A DNA stretch of 64,000 nt from Blastocladiella emersonii ATCC 22665. Lineage: Eukaryota; Fungi; Blastocladiomycota. This document shows positions 1 to 10,419 of this stretch, piece after piece. The notes beneath the pieces are model-generated. The model saw only the letters and a program-made list of their open reading frames with translations. It made no database searches and had not been told where the DNA came from. Within the stretch, counting starts at the first letter, position 1. Every line of letters starts with the position of its first letter. Made by a program: the position numbers and the translations under genes. Where the stretch lies: assembly GCA_025594325.1 (NCBI GenBank), contig JANHCV010000007.1, positions 1,674,001-1,738,000 of the forward strand, in the 5' to 3' direction.

Positions 1-788
1 CGTCCGGGTCCGCTGCCGCTGCGGCGGCAGCTGCCGCGCAGGCGTCGTCGACGTCGGGCGTCGCCAAGACGCGCCTCGCGACCGCCGGGTCCGCGAGCAA
101 CACCCTGACGGGCGCGCGCTTCCTGCCCAACCTGCTCGCGTGCATCGGCGTGCTCGCGTCCACGGCGCCGCGGTCCGTCATGGATACGGTCGTCACGCGG
201 TCGCTCCCCGTCTACCTGCAGATCCTCGAGTCGGGCGTGATCGGCGCCGAGACCAAGATCCTCGCCGCCGAGAACCTCGCCATCTTCGTCGAGTGCGGCG
301 CGCTCGCCAGCGATGCGCCCGAGCTCGAGCCCGCGACCGCGCTCCTGCAGGCGCTTACGGGGAACGGCGGTTCCGCCTCGGGGGCGGGTCTCGACGTGGC
401 CAGCGTTAAGTCGGTCGCGCAGCGCGACCGCAAGGCGCAGCGGGCCGCGTTCCGCGACGTGCTCGCGTTCCTCGACGCGGGCGACGCGCCGCACCTCAAG
501 CTCAAGTTCCGCAAGGAGAACGTGGTCCTGCAGACGTGGGCCCACCTCCGCCAGCTGTACCTGATCCGCGCCTCGCTCGGCGCCGCAGTCCACGTCCACT
601 TCCTGCGCAACCCGCTGCTCCGGGATATCTTCGGGTTCTCGCTTGCGGAAGACGCGGGGCTGTCGCGCGCCGAGCGCCGCGCGCTCTACTCCCAGTCCGG
701 CGAGATTGCGCGGTCACGCACGCAGCACCTCCAGAAGCAGCGGTCCATCCGCGCGAACAAGATTGGAGGGTACTTTGGCGACGATTGA
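1..788 (+). CDS. IFRD: Interferon-related developmental regulator (IFRD) family protein, 3' part; 5' end lies outside the window
   Basis: RDRKAQRAAFRDVL...QTWAHLRQL...HVHFLRNPLLRDIFG matches the IFRD C-terminal region; the frame is open from the window edge. Confidence 0.8.
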   Translation, partial: SGSAAAAAAAAAQASSTSGVAKTRLATAGSASNTLTGARFLPNLLACIGVLASTAPRSVMDTVVTRSLPVYLQILESGVIGAETKILAAENLAIFVECGALASDAPELEPATALLQALTGNGGSASGAGLDVASVKSVAQRDRKAQRAAFRDVLAFLDAGDAPHLKLKFRKENVVLQTWAHLRQLYLIRASLGAAVHVHFLRNPLLRDIFGFSLAEDAGLSRAERRALYSQSGEIARSRTQHLQKQRSIRANKIGGYFGDD

Positions 789-1090
789 GCGGGTGGGCGA
801 GTGTTATCAGCATTATGTATTCTGTTTCTTAGCACCTCCTAGCGCGATGGACTTGGCGAGGGAGCGGTGGTGACGCCCGAGGCGTGCACGTGCGGATGAG
901 GCCCGCGTGGGCATCCTGGCGGCGCCGACTTGCGCCACCCGGAACTTTGCGCGCTCGGTTGTCCGCCGCCGCCACACTGCGAACCAACGCACAGTAAGCG
1001 CCGCCTGCACGCCCCGCACCGGCGAGTATAAAGCGGCCGCGCTCCCTGCGTCCCGATCCGCGCTCCCTCGACCACCCCTCACTTATTGCA

Positions 1091-1975
1091 ATGACTGTAC
1101 CCGACGACGCACTCACGCTCTCTCTCGGCTCCTCGGTTATGACCATTCCGGTCGGCTCGGAATTCACCCTGCTCGGCGTCAGCGGCAACAAGCTCACCTT
1201 CACGGCGGAGCGGCCCGAGGGCCCCGTCACGCTCAAGGTCAAGCTGATCAGCGTTGAGCCGGGCGACGACAGCGGCGACGAGGATGAAGAGGACGAGTAC
1301 GATGTCGCTCTGCTGGACGGCAAGGAGGGCAAGGCCATGCCGTCGTCGTCCTCGTCGACCATGTGCCAGATTAGCGGCTCGTCCGCGCGCTACGGTTCGC
1401 GCGATGTTGCCGAGGCGACCAAGATTGCGCCGTCGCCGTCCTCGTCGACCATGGGCCAGATCAACGGCTCTTCCGCGCGTTACGGGTCGCGCGAGGCCGT
1501 GCCCGCCGCTTTTGCGCCGCTTCCTGATGCCGCCTCGGCCTCCACCACGTCGGTCTCTGCTGTCTCGTCGTCCTCCTCGGACCCGTCAACGCACTCGACT
1601 CTTTTCGCTGGCTCGAGCACCGCGCCGTCTGCCCACGCCACGCCCGCGACGGCCAGCACTGGCGGCGACCGCCACGCCGAGATCCTGGCCAAGGCTATGC
1701 AGCGCGCCTTGGACTGCAAGTTCAAGGAGTCGTCGGATTTGGGTGGGACGGTGTACCCGATCGGCTACCTTGCCCGGATCCATGGCGACTTTAAGGACCA
1801 GACCGCGGCCAACGACTGGGGGGCTCGGACGGTCCGAAGCCTCAAGGGCAACACTGGCCTTGACTTCGACTCGCGCTTCACAAAGCAGTACTTCAGCGGC
1901 GCGTGGGCCTGTACCATCGAGACGTTTGACGAGTATCTTGCAGACAAGGCGCGGGCGTTCAAGCACCGCAAGTAA
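1091..1975 (+). CDS. Unknown protein, tandem paralog 1: beta-rich N-domain, low-complexity linker, conserved C-terminal 'AANDWG' domain
   Basis: 294-aa ORF with biased codons and an upstream TATAAA. N- and C-termini align with ORF 2511-3404 (RPEG...K.K; DRHA.ILAK...GYL.RIH...ANDWG...AWACT..TF..YLA.K). Confidence 0.8.
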   Translation: MTVPDDALTLSLGSSVMTIPVGSEFTLLGVSGNKLTFTAERPEGPVTLKVKLISVEPGDDSGDEDEEDEYDVALLDGKEGKAMPSSSSSTMCQISGSSARYGSRDVAEATKIAPSPSSSTMGQINGSSARYGSREAVPAAFAPLPDAASASTTSVSAVSSSSSDPSTHSTLFAGSSTAPSAHATPATASTGGDRHAEILAKAMQRALDCKFKESSDLGGTVYPIGYLARIHGDFKDQTAANDWGARTVRSLKGNTGLDFDSRFTKQYFSGAWACTIETFDEYLADKARAFKHRK

Positions 1976-2510
1976 GAGCGGCTGTTGGTGTTGTTGATGA
2001 TGGCTGAGCTGATGCGGCAGAGCTGGTTGTTCGAACATGAATCATGCGTTCCTGCACTCAAACGAGCGCCTTCACTGAATGATCCCCGGGAGTATGCCTT
2101 GCAGATCGTTGGTTTCGAGCGACGCGCGATAGAAGCCTCGCGGCAATCGTTGTACACGCTGGCGGGCAGTTGAGCGACGGCGACGACTAAACGCGTGGAT
2201 AGACGGTCGACCATCATCTTTGCCATCACCCTTATTTACGCGGCATCTGGACTCTGAGCACCTCGATCGCGTGGTGACAGCGCGATTGAGTTCGGAGTGC
2301 ACGCACGTGCAGATGAGGCCCGCGTGGGCAGCCCGTTGGCGCCGACGTGCGCCGCTCCAAACTGTCCGCCCCCGACTGTCCACCCCTGCGGCCGCCACAC
2401 CGCGACTGCGTTTGCTTCATGCGCCTGCTGGGACACGGCTCAGCCGAGTGTAAAGTAGCCACGCTCCCCGCGCCCCGACCCGCGCTCTTCCCTCAAACCC
2501 TCAAGCAACC

Positions 2511-3404
2511 ATGGTCGTCCGCACCAACATCTCAATCCCGATCGGCGGCGCCTGCGCCGTCGTCAAGCCCGGTGACTCGCTGACCGTTCTGAGCGTCGAG
2601 AACGGCAAGCTCGAGTTCCAGATCGACCGCCCCGAGGGGTCCGCCATCGTCAAGGCCAAGATCGTCGGCATCGAGATCAAGCTGCTCGAGGATGATGGAG
2701 ATGAGCACAGCGATGCCGAGACCACGGTCGCTTCGGCCCCCGCCCCCGCGGCGACGCGCCAGATGCCCGGCTCGCGCGCGGCGGCGGCAGCGCGCCAGCA
2801 CTCGCAGCAGTCGACCGCTGGCCCGTCCTCCGCCATGGCACAGCAGGCCGGCGAGACGTCGTCCTCGTACCCGCCCACCCCGGCGTCGTACCCTCCAACC
2901 ACGCCGTCGCACTCGTCCATGCCCATGCCGATGCCGTCGTACCCGCCCGTCAGCAGCCAGTCGGCCGGCACCAACGTGGTCCAGATCGCCTCGCCGCCGC
3001 ACACCCCGCATCACCACGCGCCGCCTGCGGCTCCGGCTCCCGGCGCCGCCGCCGCGACGCCCAGCGGCCACGGCGCTCCTGCCGCTCCACCCGCGGCCAA
3101 CAGTGACCGCCACGCGCAGATCCTGGCCAAGTTCGCGGCGCACGGCCTCGAGCCCCGCAGCGTGACCGACCCGCAGCTCGGCACGCTGTACCAGGTCGGT
3201 TACCTCGTGCGCATCCACAGCAAGTTTGCGACGCAGCGCGAGGCCAACGACTGGGGCAGCGAGAACGTGCGGCGGATCCGCGGCACGATGCCCAGCGCCG
3301 AGTTTGATCGGCTGTTCATGAAGGGGTTCTTCCCGTGGAACGCGTGGGCGTGTACGCTCGCGACGTTCGAGAAGTACCTCGCGGGCAAGCTGAGCCAGCA
3401 GTGA
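2511..3404 (+). CDS. Unknown protein, tandem paralog 2 of the 'AANDWG' family
   Basis: 297-aa ORF with the same two conserved domains as 1091-1975, separated by a Pro/Ser/Ala linker. Confidence 0.8.
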   Translation: MVVRTNISIPIGGACAVVKPGDSLTVLSVENGKLEFQIDRPEGSAIVKAKIVGIEIKLLEDDGDEHSDAETTVASAPAPAATRQMPGSRAAAAARQHSQQSTAGPSSAMAQQAGETSSSYPPTPASYPPTTPSHSSMPMPMPSYPPVSSQSAGTNVVQIASPPHTPHHHAPPAAPAPGAAAATPSGHGAPAAPPAANSDRHAQILAKFAAHGLEPRSVTDPQLGTLYQVGYLVRIHSKFATQREANDWGSENVRRIRGTMPSAEFDRLFMKGFFPWNAWACTLATFEKYLAGKLSQQ

Positions 3405-3669
3405 TGTGTGATGGGCCAGTGTGATGTGATCAGTCCTAACAAAGAGTGTTGTGTGTTCTTGTCAGTTCTTCAGCAACCGTCTCTTTGAGTATCGTGGGAT
3501 CCAGTAACGTATGAATTTCAGCCTGCTCTCATCGGTTGTGCAGTTACTTGAGAGGGCGGCGATGCTGGTGCGAGTCGCGGGGTCGAGGCGTAGTGAAGTG
3601 TGGCGCGTCGCGGTCACACGCGCGGCGACTTGTGCGAGATGAAAAAGTCCAGCGCTCCCAGCACGCACG

Positions 3670-6600
3670 ATGAATCGCATGAAAATAAATGATAACCTCA
3701 TGCAACGCTTACCATTCGAGCTCTTCGAGGATATCCTCGCGTGGGCCGTCCGCGTCGACCCGATCGGCACCGACCCGCTTCCGCTGCTCCACGTCGCTCC
3801 TGGGCTTCGGCGCCTCCGCCGCACCGTGCTGTCCTGGTCACTGCACGTTCGCGTCTACCGCGCGCTAAAACCGGACAAGAAAGTCTTCCGCAAGCTGCTC
3901 ATTCAGCACAGCAGCAACTTGACGCTCTCTGACGTGTCCAACTGGAACCCGATCCGGTTCTACGTTACGCTGCTGAGCGCCGACGGCCAAGTCGACCTGC
4001 TCGACCAGTGGTCCGCGTCCGACCGTGTGATCCCGCACTCGCCCGACTACGTCGACTACGCGTCGGCCAACGGCCAGGTCAAGGTGCTCGACTGGTTTGC
4101 CAACAGAGGCGAGCACATGGGATACTCGGAGCGGGCCGTTGACGACGCTGTACGCCTGCGCAAGCTCGATTCGCTGACCTGGTGGGCCGAAAGTGACTTT
4201 AGAATCCTGATCTCGCCCGGCGTTTACGCCAGGGCGATCGAGCGAGACGACACGGAGGTCGTTCGGCTGCTTGGTTTGTGCGATCTTGAATCAACAGACG
4301 ATCATGGAAATCCGATATCGGTACTGGACCTCGCCATCGTGGCAGGCAGTTTCCGAGTCATCCGGCAATCCCTCAATGGCGACCTGCCCTTGCATTCATC
4401 GCCATCCCAGCCAGCCCCTCGATCTCGCAGCAGTTGGGAAAGCTGGAAAAGTGGCTGGAGTTCGGCCGAGAATGAACAAGCTAGGGCTGAGACGTCATCG
4501 AATTTTCGTTAGCTCGCTCAAGCTTGAGGCTGGTGCGGTCCAAGGTGAGGCTGAGCTTGAGCTGACTTCACCCTCACTGGGTCCGAGTTCGAGCAAACTA
4601 GGCCGAGCATGCGGCCGGGAATCTGAGTTGCTTGAAGCTTAGGGGAAGCCAAGTCAAACTTCCTCCTAATCGCCGTAGGTTGCGCTCCAGGCAACGAATC
4701 GTGAACAAGCTTCAGCAAGTTGGTAGCGTGGGACCCTTAGTCCATCTGAGTTTGCACCAAGTCGCTGCTCATTAAATATATCGATATCCGTCAAGGAAGA
4801 GTTGCTGGCGGCCCACGCTGGGATGCGCGACGCGTCGCGCGTGCTCACATGATTGGTCGCGTCGACGCGTTTCAGTTGCTGGACTGCCTCGCAACGCGTC
4901 TCTCCGAAGCAGCAACGAGTGCAAGACGTTGGAGCGAATTGGTCTAAGTTGATGAACTGAGTAAATCACACGGGGTTGGTCAGCCCGTGTGAGTTAGAAC
5001 GCGTGAAACGCCTGGGCTCGCGAGGCTCCGTGCGGCCGTCCGCACTGACTCGCGAGTTTTGATAGCCGTTACTCTCCCTAAGACACCTCGAATGTGCTAC
5101 CGAGCTGCGTGTATTCAAGCCGGCCTCAACGATGGGCCCGCTATTCCCCTCTCTTCATCACGGCCCGACGTCTGATTTGAACGGTGACACGAAAAATGCG
5201 CGCCGGGAGCCCTATCCGCCATCCGTCTGCTTGACGGCGACAATCCGCCATGTGTCGGCCACCTCTCTTGTCGCGCCGTCGCACCGTTGCCCCGTGGTGC
5301 CGGCCGCGTCGCTACCACCTCGCTGACCGCCCTACAAAATCGCTCGGCGTGTGTACTCTACATGAAGGACGTCCGTGCTGTCCCTGTTCGCGCTGACAGC
5401 TGGTCTCTGACGGCCATTCCCGCGCGAACGTCGTCTGGCGGTTACTGCCGTTCGTCGCGCTGCAGCTCCCCACGTTTCTGCTTGGGGATGTGACCGTGCG
5501 CCTCGAGGACCTCACCGACTCGCACCACTTCGTCGACCGCATGCCAGCGGCCGCCGTTGTCCGGTGCCTGTTGCCCGTCGCAGCGGCTGCGATCTCGGGC
5601 TCCGACACCACGGATCCCGCGACGCTCGCCAACGACCTCGATTCTCGCGCTGTTCGCTTGTCCGCGACGACGTCCTCGACGTCTGCATGTGGATCGCCGC
5701 CGCGTTCAACGACTCCGTGACCGTCCACACGCTTGCAGCTGCGACGTCCATCGGCGCGTCTTGCTTTTCTCGTCCACCAGTTCTTCATCTCCTTACGTCG
5801 CTTAGAATGCGCGCGAGTGTCCGTGAATCATGTCAACATTGAGGACGACTGCCACGCGCCGTTCTGCGTCGCGCCGTTCCCCAATTCTGAGGACGAGTGC
5901 TGTCACCGCGGCGAAGCGCAGTACCCGTCCAATATGCGCCTGACTCATCGTCAGTACGATCGCGATCGCGCTCCTGCACGATTCAAGCGCTCCAGGTGGA
6001 GCGGGCCTTGACCTTCGATTTTGAAAAAACCGTGAGCGAAGCGTTTGTGGACCAAGTATAATTAATTTGCATGAGGTTGGATCGGTTTTATAGCCGGCAG
6101 CAAGAAAAAGCGCTTTCGAGAGCCCGACGCGTGACGCGCCGAAGGCACGTGGCGGGCGCGAGACAGGCTGCGAGACATCGGTTGAAGGCGCCACAAGCCC
6201 TCAGGTGATGCTTCGGCACCAGCCACGGCGTCGGCAGTCCTCGACGCCTTGTCCTCCCGGCCCGCCGCTCTCTTCGGACGTCGCCCTGTTCACTACGAGC
6301 GTAGGCCCATCATGAAGCATTCCATTCCTTGACTTGGTGCAGTTGGTGCGACATACTTGAAAGCGTCCCCTCCTCGTGCTCCCCGCTCTTGCCATCGCAA
6401 GGCTCTTCCTTCCTTCAACTCAGCATGCCTTCCTCGAGCCGCTCCTCTCTACCCACTTCATCTGCTCCTCGTGTCGTGGCGTGACGCAAGTCAAAGGCCC
6501 CGACAGAGACTCAGGCCGCGGCGACAGCTGTCGGTCCGCGTTGCCCTCAGCGTTGGTCCATGGCATGCGACTTACACCCACCTTCGCGGCTCACGTTCTC

Positions 6601-7776
6601 TAGGCACTTGCCAACTTCTACCTGTCTTCGTGTCTTCGTGTGGGTCGGTATCTAGAACTACGGTATGGATTTGTGGGCAGCTCGAGAAGCTATATGACTT
6701 GGTACGTCCGCTTGTTTCCTCACGCGTGCGCAACGGTATTGCTCACTTCGCCCTCACGCACGATTATCACATAGGCGGTAATGCTCGCTGCCAAGAAGCT
6801 GATTGGCAAGTCGGTGACGCGCGAAGCCGCCGCCAGCTGGGTCACCAAGGTGTACTAGAACATGCTCGCGTCAAGTCGCTGGCCCGTGTCCAAGGAATCC
6901 GCGCTAACGCCATCAGGATGAGCCGGAGTTCGAGTTTGACACGCTCGAGGAGCTGGCGAACAAGGCGACGTGATCGATGGAGCGTGTATCGAAGATTATA
7001 CACTCTGTTTCCATTCTCATCCAAACTTGAAGCCTTTCTGTGAGTTTATGCAAGATGCGCGAAACTTTGCCTCCATGTCGCGCAACTTGAGCAAGCTCTC
7101 GGCCATGTATCACAAACTAGATCAAACTTGATTCCCTGAATGATGGAACTTGGGTAAGCTTGAGCAGGTTTGAATATGCCAATTTCAAGCTCAGAAATCT
7201 TGGAGGGACATAGCCGATCTTGGCGAGTTTGGTGAGCTTGCCCGAGCTCAGCCAAACTCAGCCGATTTGGGGGGTCGGTTGGGATGGCGATGTTCCGACT
7301 GGACTTGGATCTTGCCTCGCGTCCTCGACAACGAAAAAGTCGACGTTCTCGACTGGATCTATCGTGAAATCAAGCTTCCGTTGTACCTTGATCTCGACTA
7401 CCTCTATGGTTCCTTCTACGCAGACGTTTCTGAGTCGTTCGGGTCCTCGAGCGACAGTGACGCGTCGGCTCGCCGCGTTCGTTCCTTTTGGCGCTCGCTG
7501 ATCGTCTATGCCAACCAAAAGTCCAAGGTCCGCGCCCTCAGCTGGATTCACGAGGCGCTCCCGCGCGACCAGTTCCACGTCCCAGGCGAATGGCTCCGCT
7601 TCGCCGCGAACGATGACGAAGGCGCGGTTCTTGCGCGGCTTGAGTGGTGGAAGAGCTCAGGCGTGGAGCTTCCTTGTGCTGCCGCTAGCGATGCCGCCCG
7701 CGCCGCGGCCGAGTTTGGATTCGACAGGATCGCCGCGTGGTGGAGCGAGTCTGATGTTGTTCCCGATGTTGAATAA
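3670..7776 (+). pseudogene. F-box/ankyrin-like repeat gene interrupted by a DNA transposon
   Basis: N-half 3670-4396 (MQRLPFELFEDIL F-box-like; YASANGQVKVLDWF repeats) and C-half 7295-7776 (DWTWIL...EWWKSSG). Removing 4397-7294 rejoins them in frame as LPLHS-DWTWIL, collinear with the paralog at 7925-9109. Confidence 0.85.
4397..7292. mobile_element. Non-autonomous TIR DNA transposon, 2896 bp, 2-bp TSD (TT), possibly CMC/EnSpm-like
   Basis: Left end CATCGCCATCCCAGCCAGCCCCTC versus reverse complement of the right end CATCGCCATCCCAACCGACCCCCC. TT on both flanks (4395-4396, 7293-7294). Excision restores the host ORF. No intact transposase ORF. Confidence 0.85.
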
Positions 7777-7924
7777 TTAGCGCATTTGTGTGAAAACTCG
7801 CTCATACACAGCTCGCGTTGCTCATTGAGCCCATCAGATGACCATGCGTTTCAGAGGTCGCCGGGGTGACCGACCTGCACCGACGTGATCAACAGCTCCC
7901 GGCTGTCTCTGTCCGCCGACAACC

Positions 7925-9109
7925 ATGAAACTACATGAAATGAGCCATGGTAACAAGATGCAACGCTTGCCTTATGAGCTCATAGAGCATATCCTCTTGC
8001 TGGCCTTCCATACCGACCCAGTTTACACCGACCCGTTGCCGCTCCTGCTTGTCGCGCCTGGCCTCCTGCAGCTTCGCCGTGCAGCTCTCCGCTGAAGCCT
8101 TCACGACCGCTTCCACCGTGCACTGGAGCGCGGCGAGGATACTCTCCGCGAGCTGATCATCCAACATCGCAGCACCGCTCCCTTGCTCGGCGCGAAGCAA
8201 ACTATTTCCTATCTCGAATTACTTTGCATCGACGGTCGCGCCGACCTCCTCGACCAGTGGGTCGCCGCAGGTCGTAGTATTCCGGATTCGTACAGCTACA
8301 TGGACCTCGCCTCAGCCTTTGGGCAAACGAATATTCTCTCTTGGTTTGCCAATCGCGACGACCGCCCACTCTATACAGAGAACGCAATCAAGGAGGCGGC
8401 GCGCTTCCGCGAACTGGATTCTCTCGCGTGGTGGTCCGAGTCTGGCCTCCGCATCCACGTTCCCCGCCAAGTCCTTAAGGGCGCGTTAAAGCGCGACAAT
8501 CTCGAGGTCATCAACCTGTTTGTGTTGTGTGAAATCGAGCCGGTCGGCTTCTACGATCGCCCGAGTCAGCCCTTGCTTGACATGGCCATCATCGCGGGTA
8601 GCTTCAAGTTTATCAAGAGTCGAGCGTACAGCGACTGGGAACTCAACACCAGCCCCGACTGGGACTGGATCATCTCTTGTATCATCGACGAGGAAAACGT
8701 AAAAGCTTTCGCGTGGATTCACAAACACATCGACCCGCACTATCTTCGTCACGTCAAGTTCCCTGGCGGCGACAAGTGGAGTTTCGCAACCACGTCGGTT
8801 TCCGCTGGCAGTGGCAACTCCTTTTGGCGCGCGCTGGTTCCTTACGCCCATGACAAGTACAAGCTGCGTCTCCTGGAATGGCTCATCCAGACTCTCCCGC
8901 GCGAGGATGTGGGCCGCGCGGCTGACTTTCTCCGCCGCTATACGGCGCACGATGACCAAGACAAGGTCATCCAGCGACTCGAGTTTTGGATGAACCACGT
9001 TGGCGCGGACGTCCCGCTTCTCCAGGCGCAGCTGGCGGCACGCTACGCGAAGAATTTCGGGTTCGATCGCGTGCTTGCGTGGTTCCAAGGCAAAGGAATT
9101 GATCCTTGA
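7925..9109 (+). pseudogene. F-box/ankyrin-like paralog with a premature stop
   Basis: MQRLPYELIEHILL at 7958 is in frame with ORF 8183-9109. In-frame TGA at 8093-8095 sits where the paralog has Trp (LSWSLH vs LR*SLH). Confidence 0.8.
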
Positions 9110-10419
9110 TGAGATCTCACGGCAATCTCAACGACCAGACTGCCGCAAACGACTGGGGCAGCCGCAATGCCTGCAAACCTCACGTTTCCGCTATACGAGC
9201 CCGAATTGATCACTCGTTCATACAATTCTTTTTCCAGTACAACGTGGCAGAGTGCCTGGCCGACGTCGACGATCCCGAGGAGGCCGCGTTCCGCGCGCAG
9301 GTGCGCGTCGAGGTCGAGAACCTGCTCTCGCTTCTCCCCGACGAGCTGCGCGAGTGCATCTACGCCCAGTTCCCGGGCGACCCGATCAACGAGCTCGACG
9401 AGATCTCGCTCGACCTCGGCATGCCGCCGCGCCTCCGCTACCTCGACTTGGCCGCGCTCTCGAATGGCGACGGCGAGGGTGTGGTCCCCGACGGCGTCAT
9501 GGACCTCGACGACTTTGGTCCCGTCACGCGCGAGATGATTGATGCCATCCACGCCTCGCGCACCTTCTCGTCGGACCGCCGCGGCGGCATCGACGGCCAG
9601 CTGCACCGCATCTCGTGGATCGCGGGCCGCGACAACGTGACGCCCGTCGGCCTCACGCTGCGCATCGGGCGCGCCGCGCCGCCACACTCGGGTCTCGCGA
9701 CGACGCTCCTGTGCGACCTCCTCGTGCGCGGCGAGTCGATCCTGGTCGTCGGGCGCCCCGGGACCGGCAAGACACACACGCTGCGCGACATCTGCGCGCG
9801 GCTCAGCGAGCGCGACACGGGCCGGCGCCGCCGCAACGTCATGATCGTCGACACGTCGGGCGAGGTCGGCGGGCCGGGCGACGTCGCGCACTCGTCGCTG
9901 CGCCGGTGCCGCCGCATGCACGTGCCCGCGCGGTCGCGCCAGCACGAGTCGATGCTCGAGGCGGTCCAGAACCACACGCCCGACGTCGTGGCGGTCGACG
10001 AGATCAGCAACTCGCTCGAGGCGCACGCGGCGCGGTCCGTGTCGACGCGCGTGCACGCCATCGTCGCCACGGTGCACGGTCCGCTGGCCTCGGTGCTGCG
10101 CAACCGCGAGCTGCGCGACCTGTTTGGCGGGATCACGTCGTCGACGGTCGGCGACGAGCGCGCCGAGAAGGAGCTCGGCGGGCGCAAGGAGCTGGTCCAC
10201 CGCGCGGGCGACGCCGTGTTCACCGTGGCCGTCGAGCTCGTCAGCCGCACCGAGGTGCGCATCGTGCACGACGTGAACGCGTTCGTCGACGACCTGCTCG
10301 ACTTCGACGCCAAGGCGTGGATCGAGCGCCGCCGCCTCGTGCCGACTGCGGGCAAGGCCGTGTTTGAGAGCACGGTCGAGGTCTACGAGGACGTGCGCTC
10401 TGGCGAAATCGTCGCGTGA
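9109..10419 (+). CDS. Ycf45/SpoIIIAA-like AAA+ ATPase with an N-terminal partial 'AANDWG' domain
   Basis: Walker A GRPGTGKT, MIVDTSGEVGG, EAVQNHTPDVVAVDEI (Walker B), GIDGQLHRIS and VGLTLRIGR are typical Ycf45-family motifs. The true start is uncertain (a possible acceptor ends at 9237). Confidence 0.85.
   Translation: MRSHGNLNDQTAANDWGSRNACKPHVSAIRARIDHSFIQFFFQYNVAECLADVDDPEEAAFRAQVRVEVENLLSLLPDELRECIYAQFPGDPINELDEISLDLGMPPRLRYLDLAALSNGDGEGVVPDGVMDLDDFGPVTREMIDAIHASRTFSSDRRGGIDGQLHRISWIAGRDNVTPVGLTLRIGRAAPPHSGLATTLLCDLLVRGESILVVGRPGTGKTHTLRDICARLSERDTGRRRRNVMIVDTSGEVGGPGDVAHSSLRRCRRMHVPARSRQHESMLEAVQNHTPDVVAVDEISNSLEAHAARSVSTRVHAIVATVHGPLASVLRNRELRDLFGGITSSTVGDERAEKELGGRKELVHRAGDAVFTVAVELVSRTEVRIVHDVNAFVDDLLDFDAKAWIERRRLVPTAGKAVFESTVEVYEDVRSGEIVA

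Noticed and set aside
4772-4850. GRQQLFLDGYRYI resembles the start of a FLYWCH/MULE zinc finger
   Set aside because: Followed by two stop codons with no downstream W/C/H pattern; too short to support a call.
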